A stretch of DNA of 32,000 bases from Gynuella sp. Lineage in GTDB: Bacteria; Pseudomonadota; Gammaproteobacteria; Pseudomonadales; Natronospirillaceae. How positions within the stretch are numbered: position 1 is the stretch's first letter; each line of letters starts with the position of its first letter. The stretch lies in NCBI RefSeq assembly GCF_050296195.1, contig NZ_JBNKRB010000042.1. One strand, given 5' to 3'. Made by a program: the position numbers and the translations under genes. The notes below the pieces were generated by a model. It saw only the letters and a list, made by a program, of their open reading frames with translations, was not told the origin of the DNA and searched no databases. Positions 1 through 7,178 of the stretch are shown here, piece after piece.

Positions 1-886
1 CTGGATTCAGTTTTGCATCCATCATCGCATTACGCATCGACATTGCAGCTCCGGCACCATCCTCTGGAGGTGAAGTCATATGATAGGCATCCCCACTCAT
101 ACCAAAGCCACTCAACTCAGCATAAATATTCGCACCACGGGCTTTTGCATGCTCATACTCTTCAAGAACCAGAACACCTGCACCATCTGATAATACAAAA
201 CCATCACGGTCTTTATCCCAAGGGCGACTGGCTGCCTGAGGATCATCATTGCGCTGAGACAAGGCTCTTGAGGCAGCAAACCCACCAATCCCCAACGGGG
301 TAGAGGCATTCTCTGCACCACCAGCAATCATGACATCAGCATCGCCATAAGCAATCGTTCTAGCGGCATAGCCAATGTTATGAGTTCCAGTTGTACATGC
401 TGTTACAATTGCAATATTTGGCCCTTTCATTCCATAACGAATAGACACATTGCCGGACATCATATTAATGATGGAAGATGGAATAAAAAAAGGCGAAACC
501 CGTTTTGGCCCTTTATCCACCAAGGTTTGGTGACTGGCTTCGATGCCTGCCAAACCACCAATACCACTACCTAATGCCATACCGATTCGATGCGCATTAG
601 TATCGGTTACTTCCAAGCCGGAATCAGTAATTGCCTGAATTGCAGCAGCCATACCGTACTGCACAAAGACATCCATTTTTTTGATGTCTTTCTTATCAAT
701 GTATTCAACTGGATCAAAATCTTTAACTACGCCACAAAACTGAGTTGAAAACCCGGAAGCATCAAAGTGTTCAATCGTATTGATTCCACTTTTACCAGCC
801 AAAATACCATCCCAGGAATCTTTTACTGTATTACCCAATGGAGTAAGCATTCCCAGTCCAGTGACAACTACTCGTCTTTGACTCAT
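1..886 (-). CDS. fabF: 3-oxoacyl-ACP synthase II (KAS II), N-terminal ~295 codons; the 3' end runs off the left edge of the window
   Basis: Absent from the ORF track because it is open at the window edge. The reverse complement from ATG at 886..884 reads [21 protein letters not shown]. Further in it reads [14 protein letters not shown] (active-site Cys context) and [20 protein letters not shown]. Its position after acpP fits the canonical fabD-fabG-acpP-fabF order. Confidence 0.9.
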   Translation of the reverse strand, partial: MSQRRVVVTGLGMLTPLGNTVKDSWDGILAGKSGINTIEHFDASGFSTQFCGVVKDFDPVEYIDKKDIKKMDVFVQYGMAAAIQAITDSGLEVTDTNAHRIGMALGSGIGGLAGIEASHQTLVDKGPKRVSPFFIPSSIINMMSGNVSIRYGMKGPNIAIVTACTTGTHNIGYAARTIAYGDADVMIAGGAENASTPLGIGGFAASRALSQRNDDPQAASRPWDKDRDGFVLSDGAGVLVLEEYEHAKARGANIYAELSGFGMSGDAYHMTSPPEDGAGAAMSMRNAMMDAKLNP

Positions 887-912
887 TCAACTAATCTCCC
901 AAAAGCCTACAA

Positions 913-952
913 CAAAAAAGCCGTATGACAGAATCCTGTTATACGGCTTTTT
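913..952 (-). terminator. Hairpin plus U-tract between acpP and fabF (intrinsic terminator/attenuator)
   Basis: The minus-strand transcript reads AAAAAGCCGTATAACAGgattCTGTCATACGGCTTTTTTG. The stem is GCCGTAT/ATACGGC (920..926 with 941..947) with an inner ACAG/CTGT extension, followed by six U. Confidence 0.7.
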
Positions 953-976
953 AATATCCGAAAAGAAAACTAACGA

Positions 977-1210
977 TTACTGATTGGCTAGTACGTAATC
1001 GATAGCGTCTTGAACAGTCGTCAATTTTTCTGCTTCTTCATCAGGAATTTCAGTTTCAAATTCTTCTTCCAAAGCCATTACCAGTTCGACTGTATCCAGA
1101 GAGTCAGCGCCCAGATCGTCTACAAAAGAAGCCTGTGGTACTACATCTTCTTCTTTAGCCCCTAACTGCTCGCAAACAATCTTCTTTACGCGTTCTTCTA
1201 CTGAGCTCAT
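977..1210 (-). CDS. acpP: Acyl carrier protein
   Basis: 77 aa, [12 protein letters not shown]...[19 protein letters not shown], with the phosphopantetheine-attachment DSLD motif. SD GGGAGTGG lies just upstream of the ATG. Confidence 0.97.
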   Translation of the reverse strand: MSSVEERVKKIVCEQLGAKEEDVVPQASFVDDLGADSLDTVELVMALEEEFETEIPDEEAEKLTTVQDAIDYVLANQ

Positions 1211-1318
1211 GTTTCCACTCCCTAAGTGTGTGTCTTGTTAGCACTGGTTAAAAGTGCATGCTAGTTTATTAAAAGGAACTTCGATTAAGCAAGAACTGTA
1301 TCCCGCCTCAATAAATCG

Positions 1319-2062
1319 TTATCCCATGTACATGCCACCGTTGACGTGTATCGTCTCACCGGTGACGTATGAAGCACCATCGCTGGCCAGAAAACCAACG
1401 ACTTCAGCAATCTCTGAAGCCTCTCCCAAACGGGCCAGTGGCAGCTGCTGTAGGAGTGCCTGTTTTTGCTCTTCAGGTAGCTCATGAGTCATATCAGTCT
1501 GGATAAAACCAGGAGCAATAGCATTCACAGTAATTGCCCTGGAACCAACCTCTTTTGCCAACGAACGGGTAAATCCCTCAACCCCTGCTTTTGCCGCTCC
1601 ATAGTTGGCCTGACCGGCATTTCCCATTGAACCAATGACCGAGCTGATATTAATAATTCTTCCCCAACGAGCCTTGGTCATGCCTTTCAAAGCAGCCTTA
1701 CTAGTTCGGAAGATGCTGGATAAATTAGTATTGATAACCTGATCCCACTCATCGGCCTTCATTCTGAGCATCAGATTATCTTTGGTAATGCCGGCATTAT
1801 TCACCAAAACAGTAACATCACCAAATTCTTCTTTTATCTGTTTAAAAACAGCATTCACAGATTCCTGATCAGCAACATCCAGACAATACCCTTTACCTTG
1901 AATTCCAGATTCTTGCAGATAAGCAGATATATTTTCCGCTCCCACTTCGCTGGTAGCAGTACCCAATACTACAGCACCTTTGCTACCAAGGTTTAAGGCT
2001 ATAGCCTTACCAATACCGCGACTGGCACCAGTGACTAAAGCGATCTTACCCTTAAGACTCAT
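1319..2062 (-). CDS. fabG: 3-oxoacyl-ACP reductase
   Basis: SDR protein with MSLKGKIALVTGASRGIGKAIA (TGxxxGxG) and the NNAG and YxxxK (YGAAKAG) motifs. I prefer the ATG at 2062 (MSLKGK, the typical FabG N terminus) over the track start at 2074, which would overlap the fabD stop. Confidence 0.93.
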   Translation of the reverse strand: MSLKGKIALVTGASRGIGKAIALNLGSKGAVVLGTATSEVGAENISAYLQESGIQGKGYCLDVADQESVNAVFKQIKEEFGDVTVLVNNAGITKDNLMLRMKADEWDQVINTNLSSIFRTSKAALKGMTKARWGRIINISSVIGSMGNAGQANYGAAKAGVEGFTRSLAKEVGSRAITVNAIAPGFIQTDMTHELPEEQKQALLQQLPLARLGEASEIAEVVGFLASDGASYVTGETIHVNGGMYMG

Positions 2063-2063
2063 A

Positions 2064-2999
2064 TCATTCCCCAAGCTTTAAAGCTGTTTCAATACCAGTG
2101 ACATCATTAATTGCCAAAGTCTGCAGCGGCTTATGAATTCTTTTGTTTAGTCCAGAAAGAACTTTTCCTGGTCCACATTCAATGGTGGCTTCGACCCCCT
2201 GTGAGACCATATAAGTCACACAGTCGACCCACAATACTGGCTTGAATAATTGCTCAACCAGATTGGCCTTTATTTTTTCCGGATCACTCTCCACAGCAGC
2301 ACACACATTTTGCACCACTGGAATCTCAGGAACAGAGATTGAAATAGATTCCAACTTTTCAGCCAACTGCTCAGCTGCCGGCTTCATTAACTGACAATGA
2401 GAAGGAGCACTGACAGACAAAGGCAAAGCTCTTTTTGCTCCACGATCCTTACAAATCAGCATTGCACGATCGACCGCTTCTTTCTGACCTGCAATAACGA
2501 CCTGGCCCGGCGAATTAAAGTTAACAGCCTCAACCACGAGCCCCTCTGAAGCTTCGACACACGCATCCAGAATAACATTATCATCCAGCCCAATAATTGC
2601 CGCCATCGCACCCACACCCACTGGAACGGCAGACTGCATAAACTGACCTCTAAGTTCAACCAAACTTACAGCATCAGCAAAATTTAAAGCACCCGCACAC
2701 ACCAGAGCACTATACTCTCCCAAACTGTGACCACTCATAAACAAAGGTACAGCACCATTTCTGGCCTGCCAGATTCTCCACAGAGCAACACTTGCCACCA
2801 GTAAAGCAGGCTGAGTCTTGTCTGTCTGATTCAACAACTCTTCGGGGCCGCTTTGCACCAGCTCCCACAAGTCATACCCCAACACTGCTGAAGCTTCATT
2901 ATAAGTTGAATGAATCAGACCTTCCGATTCAGCCAATTGAGCCAGCATACCAGTGTGCTGGGAACCCTGTCCGGGGAATACGAATGCTATATTGGTCAT
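2064..2999 (-). CDS. fabD: Malonyl-CoA:ACP transacylase
   Basis: 311 aa with MTNIAFVFPGQGSQ and the active-site GHSLGEYSA motif. Confidence 0.95.
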   Translation of the reverse strand: MTNIAFVFPGQGSQHTGMLAQLAESEGLIHSTYNEASAVLGYDLWELVQSGPEELLNQTDKTQPALLVASVALWRIWQARNGAVPLFMSGHSLGEYSALVCAGALNFADAVSLVELRGQFMQSAVPVGVGAMAAIIGLDDNVILDACVEASEGLVVEAVNFNSPGQVVIAGQKEAVDRAMLICKDRGAKRALPLSVSAPSHCQLMKPAAEQLAEKLESISISVPEIPVVQNVCAAVESDPEKIKANLVEQLFKPVLWVDCVTYMVSQGVEATIECGPGKVLSGLNKRIHKPLQTLAINDVTGIETALKLGE

Positions 3000-3140
3000 A
3001 TTTTTAAAATCTTATATTGTTGCTCAGCCATTATTGTTAAAAGTTTTCTTCGATAAACCAAGGTGAAGTTGAAACATTTATGAGATCGAAGACTTAATAA
3101 TATCCAGTCATGAATAAAAGTTAAAAATATACCGAACAAA

Positions 3141-3164
3141 TAAAAAAGGGAGCCAACGCTCCCT
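3141..3164 (-). terminator. Intrinsic terminator after rpmF
   Basis: The minus-strand transcript reads AAAGGGAGC-gttg-GCTCCCTTTTTTA. The perfect stem (3148..3153 with 3158..3163) is followed by a U-run. Confidence 0.75.
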
Positions 3165-3205
3165 TTCTATTGTTTGTTCACTTTATTCCAACAGGCGTGC
3201 GAGCC

Positions 3206-3388
3206 TTACGCTTCGCTCTTGTCAGCAATCACCTTGCGCCCACGGTAAAAACCTTCAGGCGATACATGATGACGCAGATGAGTTTCACCAGTTGTGGAAT
3301 CTACAGACAGCGCTCTTGCGGTTAATGCATCATGAGAACGACGCATGTCACGACGAGAACGAGTTTTTTTGTTCTGTTGAACAGCCAT
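3206..3388 (-). CDS. rpmF: 50S ribosomal protein L32
   Basis: 60 aa, [22 protein letters not shown], the canonical L32 N terminus. It sits downstream of yceD as in other gammaproteobacteria. Confidence 0.97.
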   Translation of the reverse strand: MAVQQNKKTRSRRDMRRSHDALTARALSVDSTTGETHLRHHVSPEGFYRGRKVIADKSEA

Positions 3389-3409
3389 TTTAACAAGTCT
3401 CCTGTTATA

Positions 3410-3943
3410 TCATTCTGGTTTTTTTAGATTAGCCAGAATACTGAAAGGGTTACTTTTTTTCTGATCATCACCAGCTTCTACAGCAGGACCCTGATCTTCA
3501 TATACGGTTTTAACCTGGCACTCACCATCAGAATGACTGGAGAACATTGGCAGACTTAACAATAAGTCATCCTCAATCAGCTCCACCAAACTCATTCGCT
3601 TATCGGGACTCAATACAATTGGATCGTACCGTCCCGTCATACTGCGAGCCATATCCTCATGGAACGCAAAACTGATAGCAAAATCAGCCTCTACGCTATA
3701 GTCCATAGGCTCCAGGCATCGCTGACAAACAAGCGTGACCGTGGCTTGAGCACAGCCTTCTAATGACCTGATTCCTTCCTCGTCCACAAAAAAATGAAGC
3801 TTGACGGAGAGAACTCCCTCACTAGACTCCAACATCTTCGTGAATCTTTCGAAAGAATCTAAGGCGACAAAACCTTCGTAACTGACATCTTTATCAGCTA
3901 AACGATAAGGTTCATACAACTTTGGAAGCACCGGTCTTGACAT
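3410..3943 (-). CDS. yceD: YceD/DUF177 family protein (23S rRNA accumulation protein)
   Basis: Contains the CQRC...C metal-site-like pattern (LVCQRCLEPM) and a C-terminal NPFSILANLK, compared with E. coli NPFAVLASLK. It is adjacent to rpmF. I prefer the start at MSRPVLPK (3943) over the track start at 3967. Confidence 0.85.
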   Translation of the reverse strand: MSRPVLPKLYEPYRLADKDVSYEGFVALDSFERFTKMLESSEGVLSVKLHFFVDEEGIRSLEGCAQATVTLVCQRCLEPMDYSVEADFAISFAFHEDMARSMTGRYDPIVLSPDKRMSLVELIEDDLLLSLPMFSSHSDGECQVKTVYEDQGPAVEAGDDQKKSNPFSILANLKKPE

Positions 3944-4021
3944 AGGCGCGGTATAATATTGATGCACCCGTGTAGTGTCAAAGCCTTTATCACCTAAAAG
4001 AGCATTATTTAAGCAAAAAAT

Positions 4022-4621
4022 ATGACCAATATAATTCTTGCCTCTACCTCTAGCTATCGGGCTGAGCTTTTGAAACGAATCAACATAGCATTCATTCAGG
4101 CCGCTCCCTCATGCGACGAAACACAACTCTCCAGGGAATCCCCCAACCATCTGGCCCTAAGACTGGCGGAAGAAAAAGCCAAAAGCCTGACCTCTGAATT
4201 TGCAAATCATTTAATCATCGGCAGCGATCAAGTAGCCACGATTGATCAAATAAACCCTATTGGCAAACCTGGCAATCTTGCAAATGCAGCCCGGCAACTG
4301 AAACAACAATCGGGCAAAACCGTCTTTTTTTACACCGGCCTTTGTGTATTGAACAGTGCAACCGGTATTAGCTACAGCGATATCGTGACCACAACAGTGC
4401 GTTTCAGACACCTCTCAGACACAATGATTGAAAACTATCTGAACATGGAAGACCCTTCACAATGCGCTGGAAGCTTCATGAGCGAAAGCCTGGGGATATG
4501 TCTGACAGAGGCCATTCATTCTGATGATCCAACCAGCCTGATCGGTTTACCCATGATCAAGCTGGTCGAATTCCTGAGTTTTCAAAACTCCAATCCACTA
4601 CTATTTCAAAGCAAAACCTGA
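4022..4621 (+). CDS. yceF: Maf-like nucleoside triphosphate pyrophosphatase (YceF subgroup)
   Basis: 199 aa, MTNIILASTSSYRAELLKR...IIGSDQV...AGSF. It is divergent from yceD, as in E. coli and Pseudomonas. Its 3' end overlaps the convergent sppA by 21 bp. Confidence 0.85.
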   Translation: MTNIILASTSSYRAELLKRINIAFIQAAPSCDETQLSRESPNHLALRLAEEKAKSLTSEFANHLIIGSDQVATIDQINPIGKPGNLANAARQLKQQSGKTVFFYTGLCVLNSATGISYSDIVTTTVRFRHLSDTMIENYLNMEDPSQCAGSFMSESLGICLTEAIHSDDPTSLIGLPMIKLVEFLSFQNSNPLLFQSKT

Positions 4622-5599
4622 ATTCATACCAAGCACCTGAGCCGCCCCTTTACCAATGGAGACACCAAACTTCTCAGCAAACTGGTCAAAAGGGTTAGGC
4701 TTGGGTGAAAAATCGATAATCTTTTCATAACCAGCCTCCCTGGCCACCTGACTGGTTGTCTTCAGCCCATCGATCAACCCAAGCTCAAGAGCCTGCTCGC
4801 CACTCCAAAATAGCCCCGAAAACATATTTGGATCATCTTTCAAGCGCTCGCCACGCCCTTGCTTAACGGCTGCAATAAACTGCTGATGCACATTATCTAG
4901 TAATGCCTCAAACAGCTTTTTTTCATCCTCTTTAAGTGGGGCAAACGCATCAAGAAAAGCTTTATGCTCTCCGGAAGTAAACTGACGACGCTCAATACCA
5001 AGCTTCTGCATTGCTTCTGGGAAACCGAAACTGACAGCGGTAACACCAATGGAACCGACGATACTCGCCTTATCCGCATATATATAATCAGCCGCAGCTG
5101 CAATGTAATACGCCCCGCTGGCCCCCGTATCGGAAATAACCGCATATACTGGGATATCAGAGTGCAGCTCTTTCAGGCGCATAATCTCATCATAAACATA
5201 CCCTGATTGAACAGGACTCCCCCCTGGACTATTTATTTTTAGTACAACAACCTTAGAATCTGGGTGATCAAAGGCCGCCCGCAACCCAGAAATAATGTTG
5301 TCGGCGGAAGCCTCAGAGTCGGATGCAATCTCTCCTCTGACCTGAACTACCGCCACATGCCCGCCAGTACTAGCAGAAACACTATTTATATTGCTCTGCT
5401 GCAAATAAATAGCCAGAACTGCAATCAAGTACCCAAAAGTCAGCAATTTAAAAAAGATTCCCCATATTCTATTTTTACGAGCCTCTTTGGTACTAGCCAG
5501 AACCGCTTTCTCCAAGAGCTCCCAATTCTTTCGCTCCGATTCCTGCTGCTTTTGCATACCTCTACCTTCTGCGGTGTCCGCTTCATCCCATTGATTCAA
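4601..5599 (-). CDS. sppA: S49 family peptidase, SppA 36K-type signal peptide peptidase
   Basis: It has one N-terminal TM segment (IWGIFFKLLTFGYLIAVLAIYL) followed by a ClpP/crotonase-like S49 domain (KVVVLKINSPGGS, DTGASGAYYIA). The track start at 5599 is TTG with AAGGGG 7 nt upstream. An alternative ATG at 5557 (MQKQQ) has GAAGG 7 nt upstream. Confidence 0.8.
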   Translation of the reverse strand: MNQWDEADTAEGRGMQKQQESERKNWELLEKAVLASTKEARKNRIWGIFFKLLTFGYLIAVLAIYLQQSNINSVSASTGGHVAVVQVRGEIASDSEASADNIISGLRAAFDHPDSKVVVLKINSPGGSPVQSGYVYDEIMRLKELHSDIPVYAVISDTGASGAYYIAAAADYIYADKASIVGSIGVTAVSFGFPEAMQKLGIERRQFTSGEHKAFLDAFAPLKEDEKKLFEALLDNVHQQFIAAVKQGRGERLKDDPNMFSGLFWSGEQALELGLIDGLKTTSQVAREAGYEKIIDFSPKPNPFDQFAEKFGVSIGKGAAQVLGMNSGFALK

Positions 5600-5640
5600 A
5601 CCATTTCCCCTTAAACAATATTAAGTCGCCATCAAATATT

Positions 5641-6618
5641 TCAGAGCCGCTCCAGCGTCCCCACCCCTGCATGCCATTTCTCACCCGGATCGGCTTCAAC
5701 AACAATTCGTTCATTCGACAACGGGTGGATCAACTCCAACCTAATAGCATGCAGAAACAAACGATCCAACCCAATCACGCGAGCCAATTCCAGGTCAGCT
5801 TCAGAGCAATACTTATCATCTCCAACGATAGGGCAGCGGCTAAACTGACAATGCACCCGTATCTGATGCGTACGACCAGTCACCGGTGATGCCTTCAACA
5901 AGGTATAACCACGATAACGCTGCAACACCTCAAACGTCGTCAAACAAGACTTTCCCTCAGGACTGACTTTAACATAACGCTCTCCTGACTGACGGCTCAG
6001 CTTCAACAAAGGCGCAGTGACTTTAGTTATATTATCCTGCCATTCCCCAACCACCAGACACTGATAAATCTTGGCAACCGTTTTGTCTTTAATTGCCTGC
6101 TGAAGCGATTTTAAAAAACTTCTTTTCTTTGCAACCATCAAACAACCGGAGGTATCTTTGTCCAACCTATGAACCAACTCCAAAAAATGTGCGTCAGGCC
6201 TGGCAGCCCTCAGAGCTTCGATCAACCCCAGAGATACACCGCTTCCGCCATGTACGGCCATACCATAGGGTTTATTGATAATTAACATTCCATCATCTTC
6301 AAACAAAACCCGGGACTCCAGGGAACTGGCAAATTCTGGCTTTATAACCACAGGAGCCTTTGCTTCTGAAGTTCTGACCGGAGGAATCCTAATCAAATCA
6401 CCTGCCATCAGGGTTTGCAGGGGCTTGCAGCGTTTGCGGTTAACCCTGACCTCACCTTTTCTAATAACACGATAAACCCAACTTTTAGGAACTCCTTTTA
6501 ACTGTGATAACAAAAAATTGTCGAGCCTCTGACCAGCCCGGTCCTCCTGAACAGTAATAAACTGAACTCCTGACAATGAGTATGCTCCGTTACAAATTAT
6601 GCGCGCGAATATTAACAT
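5641..6618 (-). CDS. rluC: 23S rRNA pseudouridine synthase RluC (RluA family with S4 domain)
   Basis: AGQRLDNFLLSQLKGVPKSWVYRVIRKGEVRVN is the S4 domain, HRLDKDTSGCLMVAKK is the catalytic Asp motif, and GRTHQIRVH is also present. These are near-colinear with E. coli RluC. It is divergent from rne as in E. coli. The start is uncertain: ATG 6618, or TTG 6576 with GGAG 8 nt upstream. Confidence 0.88.
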   Translation of the reverse strand: MLIFARIICNGAYSLSGVQFITVQEDRAGQRLDNFLLSQLKGVPKSWVYRVIRKGEVRVNRKRCKPLQTLMAGDLIRIPPVRTSEAKAPVVIKPEFASSLESRVLFEDDGMLIINKPYGMAVHGGSGVSLGLIEALRAARPDAHFLELVHRLDKDTSGCLMVAKKRSFLKSLQQAIKDKTVAKIYQCLVVGEWQDNITKVTAPLLKLSRQSGERYVKVSPEGKSCLTTFEVLQRYRGYTLLKASPVTGRTHQIRVHCQFSRCPIVGDDKYCSEADLELARVIGLDRLFLHAIRLELIHPLSNERIVVEADPGEKWHAGVGTLERL

Positions 6619-6629
6619 TTCTTCATTGA

Positions 6630-6658
6630 TTGAAGCACTGTAACTTAACTGCTATATT
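6630..6658 (+). promoter_or_regulatory. Candidate sigma70 promoter heading the rne leader
   Basis: TTGAAG (6630..6635), a 17-bp spacer, then TATATT (6653..6658). This is sequence inspection only. Confidence 0.35.
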
Positions 6659-6740
6659 CATTTAGCCCATATAGGGCAAATATGCTGAGGAGAGCATCTG
6701 GTCCTACATGACCGAACATCCTTATAAGGTTTAGCAGATG

Positions 6741-6770
6741 AGTCGCCATAAAGAACACGGCGCTTTTTTT
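6741..6770 (+). terminator. Terminator-like hairpin plus T7 run inside the rluC-rne intergenic region
   Basis: AG(T)CGCC (6741..6747) pairs with GGCGCT (6759..6764) and is followed directly by seven T (6764..6770). The stem is short and bulged, so the call is tentative. Confidence 0.3.
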
Positions 6771-7178
6771 AAACATCGCAAATCAAACGTACAGCACACG
6801 ATTTAGCCTAAACTTGATCACAGGCCTATCCTGAAATCATTAGAGAAGAACTCAAGACTACCGAAGGCTGACTGTACGAAAAAACGGATTGATAGTATCT
6901 GAACACAGTAGATCAGATGCTTACCAGCTAACTTAGAAGAAAAGCACTAAACCAGATTATTAGATGCTGGTAGTCCATATGACTGCCCGGTATTACAATA
7001 AGAATGGAAGCCAACTGCTTCTGTTTGCACGGCTAGTTATATAATACGAAGCCAAAATAGAGGGGGATTTAACATATACCCCCTCTCAGAGACAATTTTG
7101 TAGTACAAGAGCAGGTAATAAAGCTATCTGGTTTCTTGCTTTTCATGACTTTGACATGATTAAGAGCATATCAACAGC
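6771..7178 (+). promoter_or_regulatory. Long structured 5' leader of rne (RNase E autoregulatory-UTR analogue)
   Basis: The 560-bp gap before rne contains no plausible ORF. Hairpins are AGAGGGGG/CCCCCTCT (7059..7066 with 7079..7086), GAAGC/GCTTC (7007..7011 with 7017..7021) and TACCAGC/GCTGGTA (6922..6928 with 6966..6972). E. coli rne has a 361-nt structured leader used for feedback control. Confidence 0.5.

Noticed and set aside
13-574. Track ORFs 13..303 (+), 112..327 (-) and 380..574 (+)
   Set aside because: All lie inside the fabF reading frame, which is open to the window edge. They have His/Cys-rich nonsense composition and are shadow ORFs.
3944-4021. GGTATAAT at about 3948..3955 as a maf promoter -10 element
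   Set aside because: There is no acceptable -35 at 16-18 bp (the nearby TTGACA is only 9 bp away) and no TG extension. It is too weak to call as a feature.
6630-6650. Partial Ter-core matches to GTTGTAAC: TGTAACT at about 6639, and TTGTAAC-type 7/8 matches at about 394..402, 6588..6596 and 20568..20576
   Set aside because: No full core and no extended Ter consensus is present. Matches of 7 of 8 are expected several times by chance in 64 kb of two-strand sequence, and most fall inside coding regions.
6739-6807. A 22-codon basic mini-ORF (MSRHKEHGAFFKHRKSNVQHTI) in the rne leader
   Set aside because: It has only a weak AAGG 10 nt upstream, it overlaps the terminator-like hairpin, and nothing indicates translation. 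It is recorded only as a possibility for ribosome-profiling data.
7067-7077. ATTTAACATAT matches 10 of 11 positions of the XerD arm of gammaproteobacterial dif (reverse complement of TTATGTTAAAT). This is tempting given the nearby Tus-like gene.
   Set aside because: The adjacent 6-bp core and the XerC arm do not match at all (ACCCCC TCTCAGAGACA). The motif is simply the loop of the 7059..7086 hairpin in the rne leader, so it is not a dif site.
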